Assembly (NCBI GenBank): GCA_964016885.1
Contig: OZ024752.1
Span: 1,736,001-1,800,000, forward strand
DNA from: Eledone cirrhosa
Taxonomy: Eukaryota
Direction of reading: 5' to 3'
Length of the DNA stretch: 64,000 nt
Shown: piece after piece, positions 1 to 11,055 of the stretch
How positions within the stretch are numbered: position 1 is the stretch's first letter
How the letters are laid out: each line of letters starts with the position of its first letter
The notes under the pieces: generated by a model
The model's database searches: none
What the model was told of the DNA's origin: nothing
Seen by the model: the letters and a program-made list of their open reading frames with translations, nothing else
Translations under genes and position numbers: made by a program

Positions 1-2771
1 TTATTCATTTAGACAAATATTGGAATCACTATTCGAAATCCTATAAATATGTAACAAAATACCTCTTTCTAGAAATTCATAAGAATCTCCTTATCACAAT
101 CTGTACCAATAATTATGACACGAGAATAATAATGATTTGCTTTATTATCTCGGAGGTCAGAGACTGAGAACAGGATAAAGTCAACAGGTGAATGAAAACT
201 GTGTGCTATTTTAAAATACACTGCATTTTGTTGACGCTGTAAGCACATACAAAAGAGTAAATCCATATTTGAGGAATAAACGTAATGCTGCCAGGTTCTG
301 CATGCCCCGAAAAACAACGAAGCAAACACAAAATCTAAACGGAATTGACTCATATACGTAACGCTCATAGATATTTTTGTGTTTAATATATTACAAATGA
401 CCGTAAATATCAAAATTCAGATTATAAAGACATACAAATCGCACACAAAATGAAAACTAACTAAAATAAGCACAACATTTTTCAGCCGAATGTAACTAAA
501 AATATGTTAACACTTAAAATGAGTTTCATGAAAAAAACAGACGAAGAACTATATGTGCAAAAAACGTAACAAACTTGATACAAACACACCGGTTCCAGGT
601 GAGAATCATGATATTCTAAATGTAGAACTGGACTTTGCTCCTCAAGCACCAACAATGAAATTGAAGATACATCAAAAGACAAGAGAAGAATATACGCTGA
701 TCTTATAATCGTATTTTACGGCGAAACGAAAATACAGAAGCATATTAGGATGAAATATTGGCGAAAGATAACAGAGAGCTTAATTTAAGGCTCGACCCAA
801 ACAGATTATGTAACTTAAGAATATACATATAAAAAAGAGCTAACACATATAAGAATATGTATAAGAACGCATAAACCACGACCAGAGAAATACCGACAAT
901 GAAGCAACTAACAAAAATAGAAATACTTAGAATAATAACAAAATGTTAGAAATAACAGACACAATGTATAACAAACTCGACCAACCAAACTCCCTGGAAC
1001 ATCTACGGATCTGGAACAACGTAAATGGAAATACACATGAAAGGGAATAAATGGACGATGTGGAAAAAGCAATCTCTTATGAGGGAATTCAGAACAACAA
1101 AAGGATAAGGAGGGAAATGATGTGTGAATACAACGTGGACGAAAGAATGCGTCTTCGGAAGAGAAAACCCCCTCACAGAGGAGCAACAATTACCGTGAAA
1201 ATTATGATGATGTTGGTTATTCTTCGTGATATCGGCGAAGTTGTGGATGTTGATAATTATGATTAAGATGATAATGTTGATGATGTTAATGAGAATCCTC
1301 ATAGCATTTATCATCATTTCGAAACTATACATAGATAAATTTTAAGCCGAACAAACAAAATTGAATCCAATACCATATATAAACAACGGTAAACAAGAAC
1401 ACTGCATATGATATAAGAACTAGTATAATGTTTTCTATACAAATCATTCATCCATATCATGCTTTGTGAGTTTCTTTCAAGGAATATTTTTAAATATGCC
1501 GTTTTATATGAAACAAATGAGTGTCATTAATCCTTGAACACAAGAAACCATCAATTATGTAATTTATATTAACAACTTATTAATGGGGATTTATGAAAAC
1601 TACTCTGTAATTCAGTGTGGATTTTTCGAATTGATATATAATATCTGATAAAACTGATGTCATATGTTGGGAAATATTTCTCGAATTGTTACGCTGGTTA
1701 ATTCAAGGTCAATTAGAAAAGATTGATTTGCATCGAACGTAGGGGGATAATAAACAATTTCTTATATTTGAAGCCAATATTCGAAAAAAACATAGTTATA
1801 TATCAAGGAGATTACACTACATGCTCTATGTATATGTAGTTATATTTCCCATAATTATTCACAGCATGCTAATACGAAAGGAGCTAACTGATTATATGTA
1901 TTCCGAACTACTTTAGAATAAAATCCATGAGGTTGGGTTAAAAATAATTCCTTTCCTTTCTCTGATATAGTAGTTTAAAGAAATAGTGATATTCGAGAGT
2001 AAGAGAGAGAAAAGCACAGAGCGATTATACACAAACAGAAAGACACACGCACACATATACACAGACACAATTATATATATATATATGTATATGGAGATAA
2101 TTATAAAGAATTAGTATATCTACAAACATATATATACAGATGTATACCTATGCTAGCAAATATATAGGTTTTGTCTTAGTAACGTTGTGGTTCAATGCAA
2201 GGGGATGCAGAACAATTATATGAAAGACGTAAAATAAGAAAATTATAAAAATGTACTTACTAAAATTTCACTCCAACTAATTAGTTTCTGAAGGGGAATA
2301 TATATATAATTATGTAGTCATTGCAGAATGTATGTAGTCATTGAAATAAAGAGACTTGCCAAGGAAAAGAATATAACGGATTATTCAAGCTTTTGTTTTT
2401 CGATGAATAGTAAACTTTTTCTGTTTTGTGCAATGCAGGATGGCTGAAACTTCGAGCATGCATAACAGCATTAGTAAGCAGGAGATTCGTAGTTTCTGTG
2501 TGTATTTTGAGCACATTGGAATTATATATGTTATGTAGTCGAATATGGTTTTCTATTTTTTATTCCATTCTAGATATCATGTCCCCGATTTTATTCCACT
2601 ATATTATGGTTAATTTGTGTTGTAGTAGACTTGACAAAAAATCAAAATACTGCACTACACATGTCCCGATGTCTCCAAACGCACCCGCACTCTTTCATGA
2701 ACAAGCAAACACACATATACGCCACTCCACCCCCTTAAACTTTAATCTGTCATTTCAATAAATAAATAAAG

Positions 2772-2776
<5 letters not shown>

Positions 2777-2843
<67 letters not shown>
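2777..2843. repeat. (TA)n microsatellite
   Basis: Pure TA dinucleotide run. Confidence 0.95.
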
Positions 2844-2849
<6 letters not shown>

Positions 2850-2859
2850 ATATAATTTC

Positions 2860-3400
2860 AGCGAGATCGTATTTCAGCGGTGTCCAGAACAAAACGAAAC
2901 GCTATCTTCGAGGTTTGTCGGCAAGCGTTCAATGGTCTATGAAGAAGCCAGAGCAATTAACATGCGTTATAAAGGCCACACACATTGAACACAATGGTTG
3001 TGAAGTCACAAGCCACGAAAGCCGAAAAAAAAAACGAACAAGCTAATCAGGTTAACAAATAATTACCTGGACCTTGCCGGGAAGTGGTGGTAAAATCCAA
3101 TGAGAGGTTTCTGTGACCTCTAAATCAAGTATACTGTCTGCTCTCGTTGTGAACATTTGGTATAAAGATCGAACAAGGCAGTCACCTTGTCAACAAGTTT
3201 TTGTTCTAAACGCCTACGGGATTCAAATGAAGCATTAGTGGAGTTACTGCCTCACGTGGTTACTCTGCAAGGGAGGTAACCCCGGCTTTTGGGGGTGCAT
3301 TTATAATATGTAAAGGAATTGCATAAATTTGCTAAAAACTGCACAAATCGAAGTAAGCTCTCGATCGGGTTGTTTTTAAATAAACTTAAGCAATTAATCA
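2860..3400. repeat. Unclassified dispersed repeat, family A (copy 1)
   Basis: Collinear, diverged similarity to 24215-24730 (shared blocks GGTAAAATCCA, GAACAAGGCAGTC, CAAGGGAGGTAAC, CACAAATCGAA). Both copies start next to (TA)n. Confidence 0.7.
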
Positions 3401-3439
3401 GTCAATAGAATAGAATTGTCTAATTGAATTAGAAAATGT

Positions 3440-3628
3440 TAAAGTTTAAGTAAAGAATCGCTGCTTTCACCTTTAACGGGAACTTCTGAAACTAAAAAAA
3501 TCAATCTGTGGACGCAGAAGTAAATATTTCGAAAAACTTTACAACCGAAGGCAAACAGGAAGACGTTACTTTTGTTCGTGACGACGTTCCCTGGCAATGA
3601 ACGGGAACAAAAAGAAGATAATTACGTC
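3440..3628. repeat. Unclassified dispersed repeat, family B (copy 1)
   Basis: Close match to 20311-20499 (AAAGAATCGCTGCTTTCACC...GACGTTCCCTGGCAATGAACGG). Confidence 0.85.
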
Positions 3629-4088
3629 GATGTCTGTGTCGAGCTGGTCTGTCTTCGTGAAACCTTTGGTAAATGGAATAATGTGTGTTTTTCTTTACAG
3701 GAATTTCAAACCACCAGCGTGAGGAGAGGCATAGGAAAAACATTAAAATTAAAAGTATAAATTAAAATGACAAACCAACCTCATATCTAAGTCACACATG
3801 TACATACTCACTAGGAGAATGTTTCGCCATTTAAATGGGTTCTAATTCGGCCCTGTGGGTCATCAGCATGTGGGAGCCGATTTTGTCCGCACTACTAGAG
3901 AGAACTAAAGTAAACTACTTTTCGCACGTGTAGATATAAGGGAAATGCGTGCGCGAAGCAGTAACCGGTGGCATGAACAGAACAAGCTGGTAGAGATGGC
4001 AGCCTATACTATTCAATTTATGGTGCTCAACAGTACAGAGAGCGCAAGGGGCAAAAATCAAGTAAAATAACGGAGCAAAGGACTCGCG

Positions 4089-4261
4089 TATAATCCTGTA
4101 ATTAAATGAGCTCAAAGGAAAGAGTTTTCCTGGGTACTTTAAAATACAATATATAGAGGGGAAAGTAAAGTAAATCACACACTTCTGTGTATTTCCCCTC
4201 TATATATTGTATTTTAAAGTGCCCAGGAAAACTCTTTCCTTTGAGCTCATTTAATTACAGG

Positions 4262-4267
<6 letters not shown>
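4089..4267. repeat. Fold-back inverted repeat (76-bp arms), probable non-autonomous PLE-type insertion
   Basis: 4089-4164 is the reverse complement of 4192-4267 with one mismatch; the right arm runs straight into (TA)n. Confidence 0.85.
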
Positions 4268-4307
<40 letters not shown>

Positions 4308-4312
<5 letters not shown>

Positions 4313-4655
4313 TCTGCCCCCTCGTTATCGAGTATGGCCATTGCACGAGAAAAAACAAAACAAAATATAATAATAAGAATGATAATAATAACAACAATAA
4401 TAATAATAATATCCATATATATATACACACACGCACATACATAAACATATCTATACACACACAAACACGATAGCAATTAACAGCGCTGCGATCGAATGTG
4501 GCTTTTTAGCCCAGACAATGATCTAAAATGTCTTGCACAGAGTCGGCAACCAAAACATTCATTGGGAATAGCCAGCTGTGGTTGGAGTTCGTGTACTTTT
4601 GCATGTCGTTTGAGCCCTCCTGCTGATTTACATTCTCTACCACATGCTTGGCAAG
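4308..4655 (-). mobile_element. 3' end fragment of RTE-clade LINE (same family as 7688-9290 and 42328-44031)
   Basis: Shares GCCCCCTCGTTATCGAGTATGGCCATTGCACGA and AACAGCGCTGCGATCGAATGTGGCTTTTTAGCCCAG...GGCAAG with 42328-42830. Confidence 0.85.
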
Positions 4656-4669
4656 AATTATATATATAT

Positions 4670-4858
4670 AATTGTTTCTACTTTTGGCACAAGGCCAGCA
4701 ATCATCCAGTGTATTACTGGTACTTTATTTTATCGACCCCATAAGGATGAAAGGCAAAGTTAACCTCGGCGTGATTTGAACTCAGAATGGGAAGGGCCGT
4801 AACTCCATGTGTCAAAGCATGGCGTCCGACCCTCTACCGATACTGCCAATCTTCCGCC
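4670..4858 (-). mobile_element. tRNA-derived SINE, family 1 (GCCTTTCATCC...TCGATAAAATA central domain)
   Basis: Reverse complement of the family seen at 4875 and 29716: A-box-like TGGCAGTATCGG, B box GAGTTCAAAT, central GCCTTTCATCCTT, 3' GGCCTTGTGCC...AGTAGAAACAAT. Confidence 0.85.
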
Positions 4859-4874
4859 CTTATATATATATAAT

Positions 4875-5064
4875 GGCGATGGATTAGCAGTATCGGTAGC
4901 GGGTCGGACGCCATGCTTTGCAGCAAAGACTTACGGCTCTTTATGATCTGAGTTCAAATCCTGCCGAGGTTAACTTTGCCTTTCATCCTTACGGGGTAGA
5001 TAAAATAAATTACTAGTAATGTACTGGGTAATTGCTGGCCTTGTGCTTCAAGTAGAAACAATTA
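4875..5064 (+). mobile_element. tRNA-derived SINE, family 1
   Basis: B box GAGTTCAAATCC, GCCTTTCATCCTTACGGGG, 3' end AGTAGAAACAATTA; collinear with 29716-29903. Confidence 0.85.
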
Positions 5065-5089
5065 TATATATATATTTACACAAAGCGTG

Positions 5090-5830
5090 GTATGTCATTT
5101 ATTAATTATAATAAAATTGAAGCGTACAACTGGGAGCTAGAACTTAGTTGGGGAGCGGGCGACCGTGGCTTTATGTAAGATTTCGTCACGATTGACCCTG
5201 TGACCCTCGGATTCCTCCTCTATTGGGCAATTTCATTTGTTTTTATTCCAAGGCACTTATCACTACTGTTTTCTTCTCCCATATATCACGAGGGCGCTAT
5301 TATATATCCACATCTGTCATTTGTCTACCATAGTTGTCTCGCTTATTGTGCTCTAATAAATTATCTGACGGTATTTATTATCTCAATAACACTTCTCAGT
5401 TGTATATCCCAGCGTTAACCCGAATATCACTCCTAATTAATTTGCTTTCGTCAGCCTTTGAGCGTCTTGCACTTTCCTTCGATTTAATCACATAAGTTTT
5501 TTTGATTTCACTCAATCTAGTTTGTCTACAATGGAGTATGGATTCGTGCATCATTCATAGGCAATTCAGCAGTAGTTGCCGAACAACCTTGTTTTAATAC
5601 TTCGTGTGCTATGTCTATTCGTTTTTTTTTCGCAGGTTATGATATCGTAATTACCTTATAGATATCTCCAGTTTTCATTCTGTTTGTTTGTCCCCAATCA
5701 ACACTTGTCATTTTATTTTTCAGTCTGATTATTTTTCTCCATTGTTGTTCTTTAATATCATGTAAATGCTGCTAAGAAATTTATTTTATATGCCTGCTAT
5801 ATTGTTGTGGGGAAAAAAACCCTGAATAGC
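5090..5830 (-). mobile_element. Possible heavily decayed Penelope-like 3' fragment
   Basis: Minus-strand traces K.GDIYKV...ITCE...RSIKTRL resemble a GIY-YIG domain; degenerate HHR-like GTCAC..GTGAC-GAAA at about 5185-5212 (-). Confidence 0.25.
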
Positions 5831-6697
5831 CCCGTGTAAGACGAAGAGCCTATAAATAAGAAGTAAAGTGAACTGTCGGGTAGATTGTATGTACGGATTC
5901 TCGTTGTATAGTTTCGTTGGGAGTTCAGAATTACGCCTTTTGAATACCTTGGTTTTACCCTTGTTTCATGCAGATATACAGAACAGATGTGTCACACCAT
6001 TATACCAATATATTTAGGTTCCGACAGCAACTGAGAATATTTGATCTTTCAGCCACTTTATGGTTCGACAAAAAGAGAAAATAAAAGTTAGTAAATAATA
6101 GAGACACCAGAATGGTATTACATGGTAGCATCAATTATGAAAATAACATTGAATTCAAATACAGTATAGCTTTAGTATAACATAAGTATTTTTTATTCGG
6201 TTCTGCTCTGTAGTAATTCATACTTAATTACAAGTATTTATTATCTTATAACTTGAATTTCAACAATAGTTAATCTGATAAACTTTTACATCACAATTCT
6301 TTCCAACATTGACTAAGCTGAATCTAATTCATATATAAAGCATCTAAAATCATAATTTTAATCGCTGGTAAATTTAATCAGTATATTACAGATGGTGTAG
6401 TGAAAATGTTTCAAAACTGGAATATCAAATGGGTAAATCATTATAAATGTCCCTATCCTAAATCATTATAAATGTCCCTATCATAAATGGAACAATAACA
6501 ATATGAATTAGTATTATGAGATGGTTTGGGCAATACACATGGTTTATTCTAATCAATCTACTATGGAGATATAAAATAAGACAATTACCCCATATTTTAA
6601 GATTTGGGCTTAGGATAGATTGTAAATTAATGCTAATTGCGGAATGCTGTTGATCTATTTCCATTAGTAGTATCAGGCTATTTAATGATGTAAATGA

Positions 6698-6699
<2 letters not shown>

Positions 6700-6732
<33 letters not shown>

Positions 6733-6746
6733 TTTATACATACATG

Positions 6747-6827
<81 letters not shown>

Positions 6828-6913
6828 AAGTATATATATATATATATATATACACACACATACACACACATACACACACACACACACGTTTATATATATA
6901 TATATATATATAT
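6700..6913. repeat. Compound (TA)n/(CA)n microsatellite
   Basis: Directly visible. Confidence 0.95.
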
Positions 6914-6919
6914 AATACT

Positions 6920-7521
6920 AATGAATTTAATCCAAATCGAAATTGTGGGTGTCATGCCATAACGGCGTGCGCCATATCGCCCGGAAATAAGCTCAAAGAT
7001 AGGTCCGAGCACTTTATAATAACTAGCAATTGATTAACAATACAAACATGAATAATCACAGGAGATAATTTTTACAAGCGTGTAACCACGCATAGCTAGT
7101 TGGGTAACAAATAAATAGATACCTTTTAATATGATTAATCTTCCCCGTATATAGTCCATTAAAGAAATATATTTCACCAATTAATCAGATGGTAAGTCAC
7201 GGAAAGTGGATATTATTGGATTATCAACAATAAGAATAATGTACAGCAATCCATGCTTAGACAGCGAGTTCAAATCCTCAACTGGCCGCTACCACGTGTT
7301 GCACTTACACATGACAGCAGTCTCGTCTCAGTGGCGTGAATAGGTATTCGACAACTAGAAACAGCAGTCTATTCCCTTCAACAGAATTAGCTCTACAATT
7401 AAGGAGCCGTATTTATATATCTATATCCAATTTCGATTTGGATTAAATTCATTTATTTATCTTAATTTTGGATATAGATATATAAATACGGCTCCTTAAT
7501 TGTAGAGCTAATTCTGTTGAA
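6920..7521. repeat. Interlocked inverted repeats (26-bp and 54-bp perfect arms)
   Basis: 6920-6945 = revcomp of 7428-7453; 7377-7430 = revcomp of 7468-7521. Confidence 0.85.
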
Positions 7522-7534
7522 TTATATTACGTTT

Positions 7535-7571
7535 ACACACACACACTTACACACACAAATTCACACACACA

Positions 7572-7602
<31 letters not shown>

Positions 7603-7609
7603 GCACAGG

Positions 7610-7683
<74 letters not shown>
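7535..7683. repeat. (CA)n microsatellite at the RTE 3' end
   Basis: Directly visible. Confidence 0.95.
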
Positions 7684-7687
<4 letters not shown>

Positions 7688-7690
<3 letters not shown>

Positions 7691-9290
7691 GGCTGCCCCC
7701 TTGTTATCGAGTATGGCTATTGCACGATAAAAAAAGGAAAACAAAACACACACATATATTAATAGTTAACGGTGCTGCGACGAATGTGGCTTTTTAGTCC
7801 AGCCAATGATCTGAGATGTCTTGCACAGAGTTGGCAACCAAAACATTCACTGATTGTACCCGGCCGTGTTGGGCCTCATGTACGTTTGCCCTCGTGGTAA
7901 TTTACACTCTTTTCCACATGCCTGACAGGTTTCGTGAGTAGCATCTCCGACAGCAGCCTAGTATTCAACCACTGGTCTCACTTTATTACTGCGAAGATGA
8001 CATTTGAATCCAGCTTTTCAGAGGCAGAGTGTGCATGTCAGCGCCATAGTAGAACCTTTCCTGTCTGGAAATGTAACAGCAATGCCTTTCCTGACATTCC
8101 TATTTACTTCTTCGTACGCGGTTCCAGAAGCTTCAAAAGCAACTTTCCTTTCTTGTACAGTCTTTCTCCATTTATTACGATCAGCAGCTACGCTTCTCCA
8201 TGTATCAGCGATGTTAGCGTCTTTCAAGGAGGCTTTCAACTAATCCTTATAGCTTTTTTATGGTTAATGTGGAGGTCATTTTCTTTTAACTAACTTTTCA
8301 TAAAATACTTGTTTTGGTATCCCAGAATCTTTCCTCCTGGCAAGGTGACTATCCCATCGGAGTCTTTGCTTAATCACAAGAGCTTCTATGCTTTTACACA
8401 AAGAGATTTCCAAAATCCTGACATCACTGATGGGGTCACTGCAGGGAACGCCATGGATCCGTCTGAGACGCCTCTGATGGAAACATTCCAACTGTTTAAT
8501 GTAGTGTCGATATGTGACCCAGGTCTCCCAGGCATAAAGAAGAGACGAGACCATGCATGCCTTGTACACCTTTATCTGTCTCCTCTTGCATATGTCTCGC
8601 CGACCCCAGAGGCGCCTTTCTAGCTTTCCGAAAGCCTCACTTGCTTTCCTAATCCTGTGTGGAATTTCATTATCAAGATTGCTGTATCTATTGACAGTAC
8701 TTCCCAGGTAGATAAAGTGATCAACCACTCCAAGTCGTTTACCATGCACATAGATATTTGGTTCACGGTACTGCTTACCAAAGGCAGGTTGGTACATGAT
8801 GACGGTTTTCTCGAGATAAACAGTCAATCCTAGGGCAGTGTAAGCATCAGAAAATGCATTCAAAATGTGCTGCATATGAATCACTGTGTGCGCTACGAGA
8901 TCTCAATCATCTGCATACAAGAGGTCTCTTATGATAGAGGTAAATACTTTTCTTTTTACAGCAAAGCGCCTGATGTTGAATATGCTGCCAGAGGCTCGAT
9001 AGTAGATGTAACACCTGAATGCAATATAGAAAACAATCACAAAATATATGCCAAACATGGTCGGTGCTGGAATACCCCTCTGTTTCACTCAATTTTTCAC
9101 TGAGATAAGCTTCGATATGTTACCTCTGACATTGACCCAAGCCTTCATGTCGTCATGGAAATCTTGATTAACAACAGACGGCTGTTACAAAAGTTCATCA
9201 AAACGATCTGCCCACCTTCGCAGAATTATCTGTGAGTCACGAAGAAGTTCCCTGCGATCCCTGCTGCGATCCCAGAGAAGAAGATGTTCA
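7688..9290 (-). mobile_element. RTE-clade LINE, 5'-truncated, internally deleted and frameshifted
   Basis: Minus ORFs give IRDLLYADD, FIYLGS, LLYAWETW, RLRW..HLAR; paralogous to 42328-44031. Near 9175 the RT sequence jumps to the upstream RRWA.RF linker. Confidence 0.9.
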
Positions 9291-10659
9291 ATAAACTTCA
9301 CGCGAGAGACTCTACATCAGCTTTGTTTTATTGGAATTTGATGCAGCTTGTATCTCATATATATATATATATATAGTGGTAGAACACTGCAAGGTAATAT
9401 CCGTAGTGGTAGAGCACTCAGTCCATGGGACGAGTTAGGTAGAAGTGGTTACACAACAGTTAGTTCACCATACCGAGAACTGTTGTTTCACCTTGCTTCA
9501 TCTTTGCAGATGATTGGCCTCTCCCTATGCACCCCGATCAAACATCACCAAACGTCCGTCCGTGGCCCCCTAGGTGGCTTTCAAGTCCAGCATTAGATTT
9601 GCACGTTCTTCAGCAAATGTGACAGACCGAAGGCACGGCCTTATTGGATTTATTGGGTCCGTTTGTGGGATGTCATCCTTGTATACCCAGATATCCCATT
9701 TAAGACCAGAGATTGATTTACAGATCTTTTTGCACACCACACATGTCTCACATAGCATTGGAGGGATAGTGCTGCATACAGGTGACTTTTTATGTGATTT
9801 TAAATGTGTGATATACCCAGATTTAGAGAGCAGTAAACGACCACACACCTCACAACTCCAGCTCCCTATATTCTTATAGAGGTTCATACTGTGGCCTTTT
9901 CGAACCTGACGTTTAAGTTTTTCATTATAAAGACGTCTCTCTCGAAACGTTCTGCACCATTCCTTCACATGTCCTCTCCATTTACCCCCTCTTTAAAGCA
10001 CATCCCAGTTCTGAATTTCAAACTGTAGATCTTCCAGGTTGTTTTTTATGCAATCCTTATATAATTTTCTTGGTTTGTGCTCAGGATGTTTCCCAGTGAA
10101 CAATTGACTGTAAATTAGTTGTTTTCGGAGTCTCTCCTCATTCATGCGCATAACATGGCCTACGCAACGCATTTGAGAGGATATGATGGTAGATTCAATG
10201 CTCGAGCAACAAGCATCTATAACGATTTGTGTCAGATATTTTGTGTTGTCATTTGACGTTTAGGATTCATTTAAACACTTTTGATTAAAGTGTTAAAGTA
10301 AATTAAGTTGTCTACGATGTACTGTCCACTTTTCCGAAGAGTACAACAGAGCACTCAGAATGCAGGCATTGTACACACTAATCTTGGTCTTGAAGTTCAT
10401 TCCATGATCCGACCTATTTCTCTTTTTAAGTTTTCTGAAGGCTTCAGAGGGCTTCTAAATGCGTAGGTGTATTTCTGAATCCAGTGAGTCATCCCTTGAT
10501 AATGCACTGCCCAAATAAACGAAAGTGTCAACTACACCCAACCTTGTTCCATGCACCATTATATTTGGCTCCATATATACTTCCCCTGGTGATGGGGTAA
10601 ACATTACCTTGATAATATTTAGATTAATTGTCATGTCAAATGCATTACAAGAAGCTGCA

Positions 10660-11055
10660 AAGTCATTACTAAGTCCAAGCCATACGCAAGGGGCAATCCG
10701 TCGTGTGGACTATGTATCGATGAACGAATACATATTCTAAAGAGATTACGCAATCGCGATTGCCTAAACTCAGGAAATGATTTCTTCGCACGTTGGCCAC
10801 ACATCTGGATACACCTCTACAAAGCTCCGGATTGAATTACAACAACATCCTAATTTTCTTATCAACTAGAAACTTTCGGACTGTCGCAGTTATCTCCCTT
10901 ACACCTATCGCACGCAATTTAGTATTGCCTGTGTGAAGTAACCGTTTCTGCACATGCCCGCTCGTACGGTTGTCCTTCCTGTTCCGTATAACCATGTCCA
11001 TTACGAGCTGAGTGTCCACTAAGGTGAAACAATTGTTCTCGGTATGGCGAACTAT
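10660..11055 (+). mobile_element. Penelope-like element 3' fragment nested inside the RTE RT domain
   Basis: Plus frame KVITKSKPYARGNPSCGLCIDERIHILKRLRNRDCLNSGNDFFARWPH* aligns by eye with the C-terminus of the GIY-YIG ORF at 33816-34540. It ends in an HHR-like hairpin and interrupts the RTE between AHSEDD and FAASCNAF. Confidence 0.7.
10998..11047 (+). ncRNA. Degenerate type I hammerhead ribozyme
   Basis: CCATTACGAG-CTGAGTG-TCCACTAAGGT-GAAA-CAATTG-TT-CTCGGTATGG: helix I pairs and helix III is palindromic (ACAATTGT), but the CUGANGA core is damaged. Confidence 0.5.

Noticed and set aside
1-2776. Host exons among the short ORFs
   Set aside because: No recognisable domains or consistent splice structure; small exons cannot be excluded without RNA-seq.
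3818-3872. HHR-like CTGATGA...GAAAC on the minus strand
   Set aside because: Helices I and III do not pair convincingly and helix II is long and irregular.
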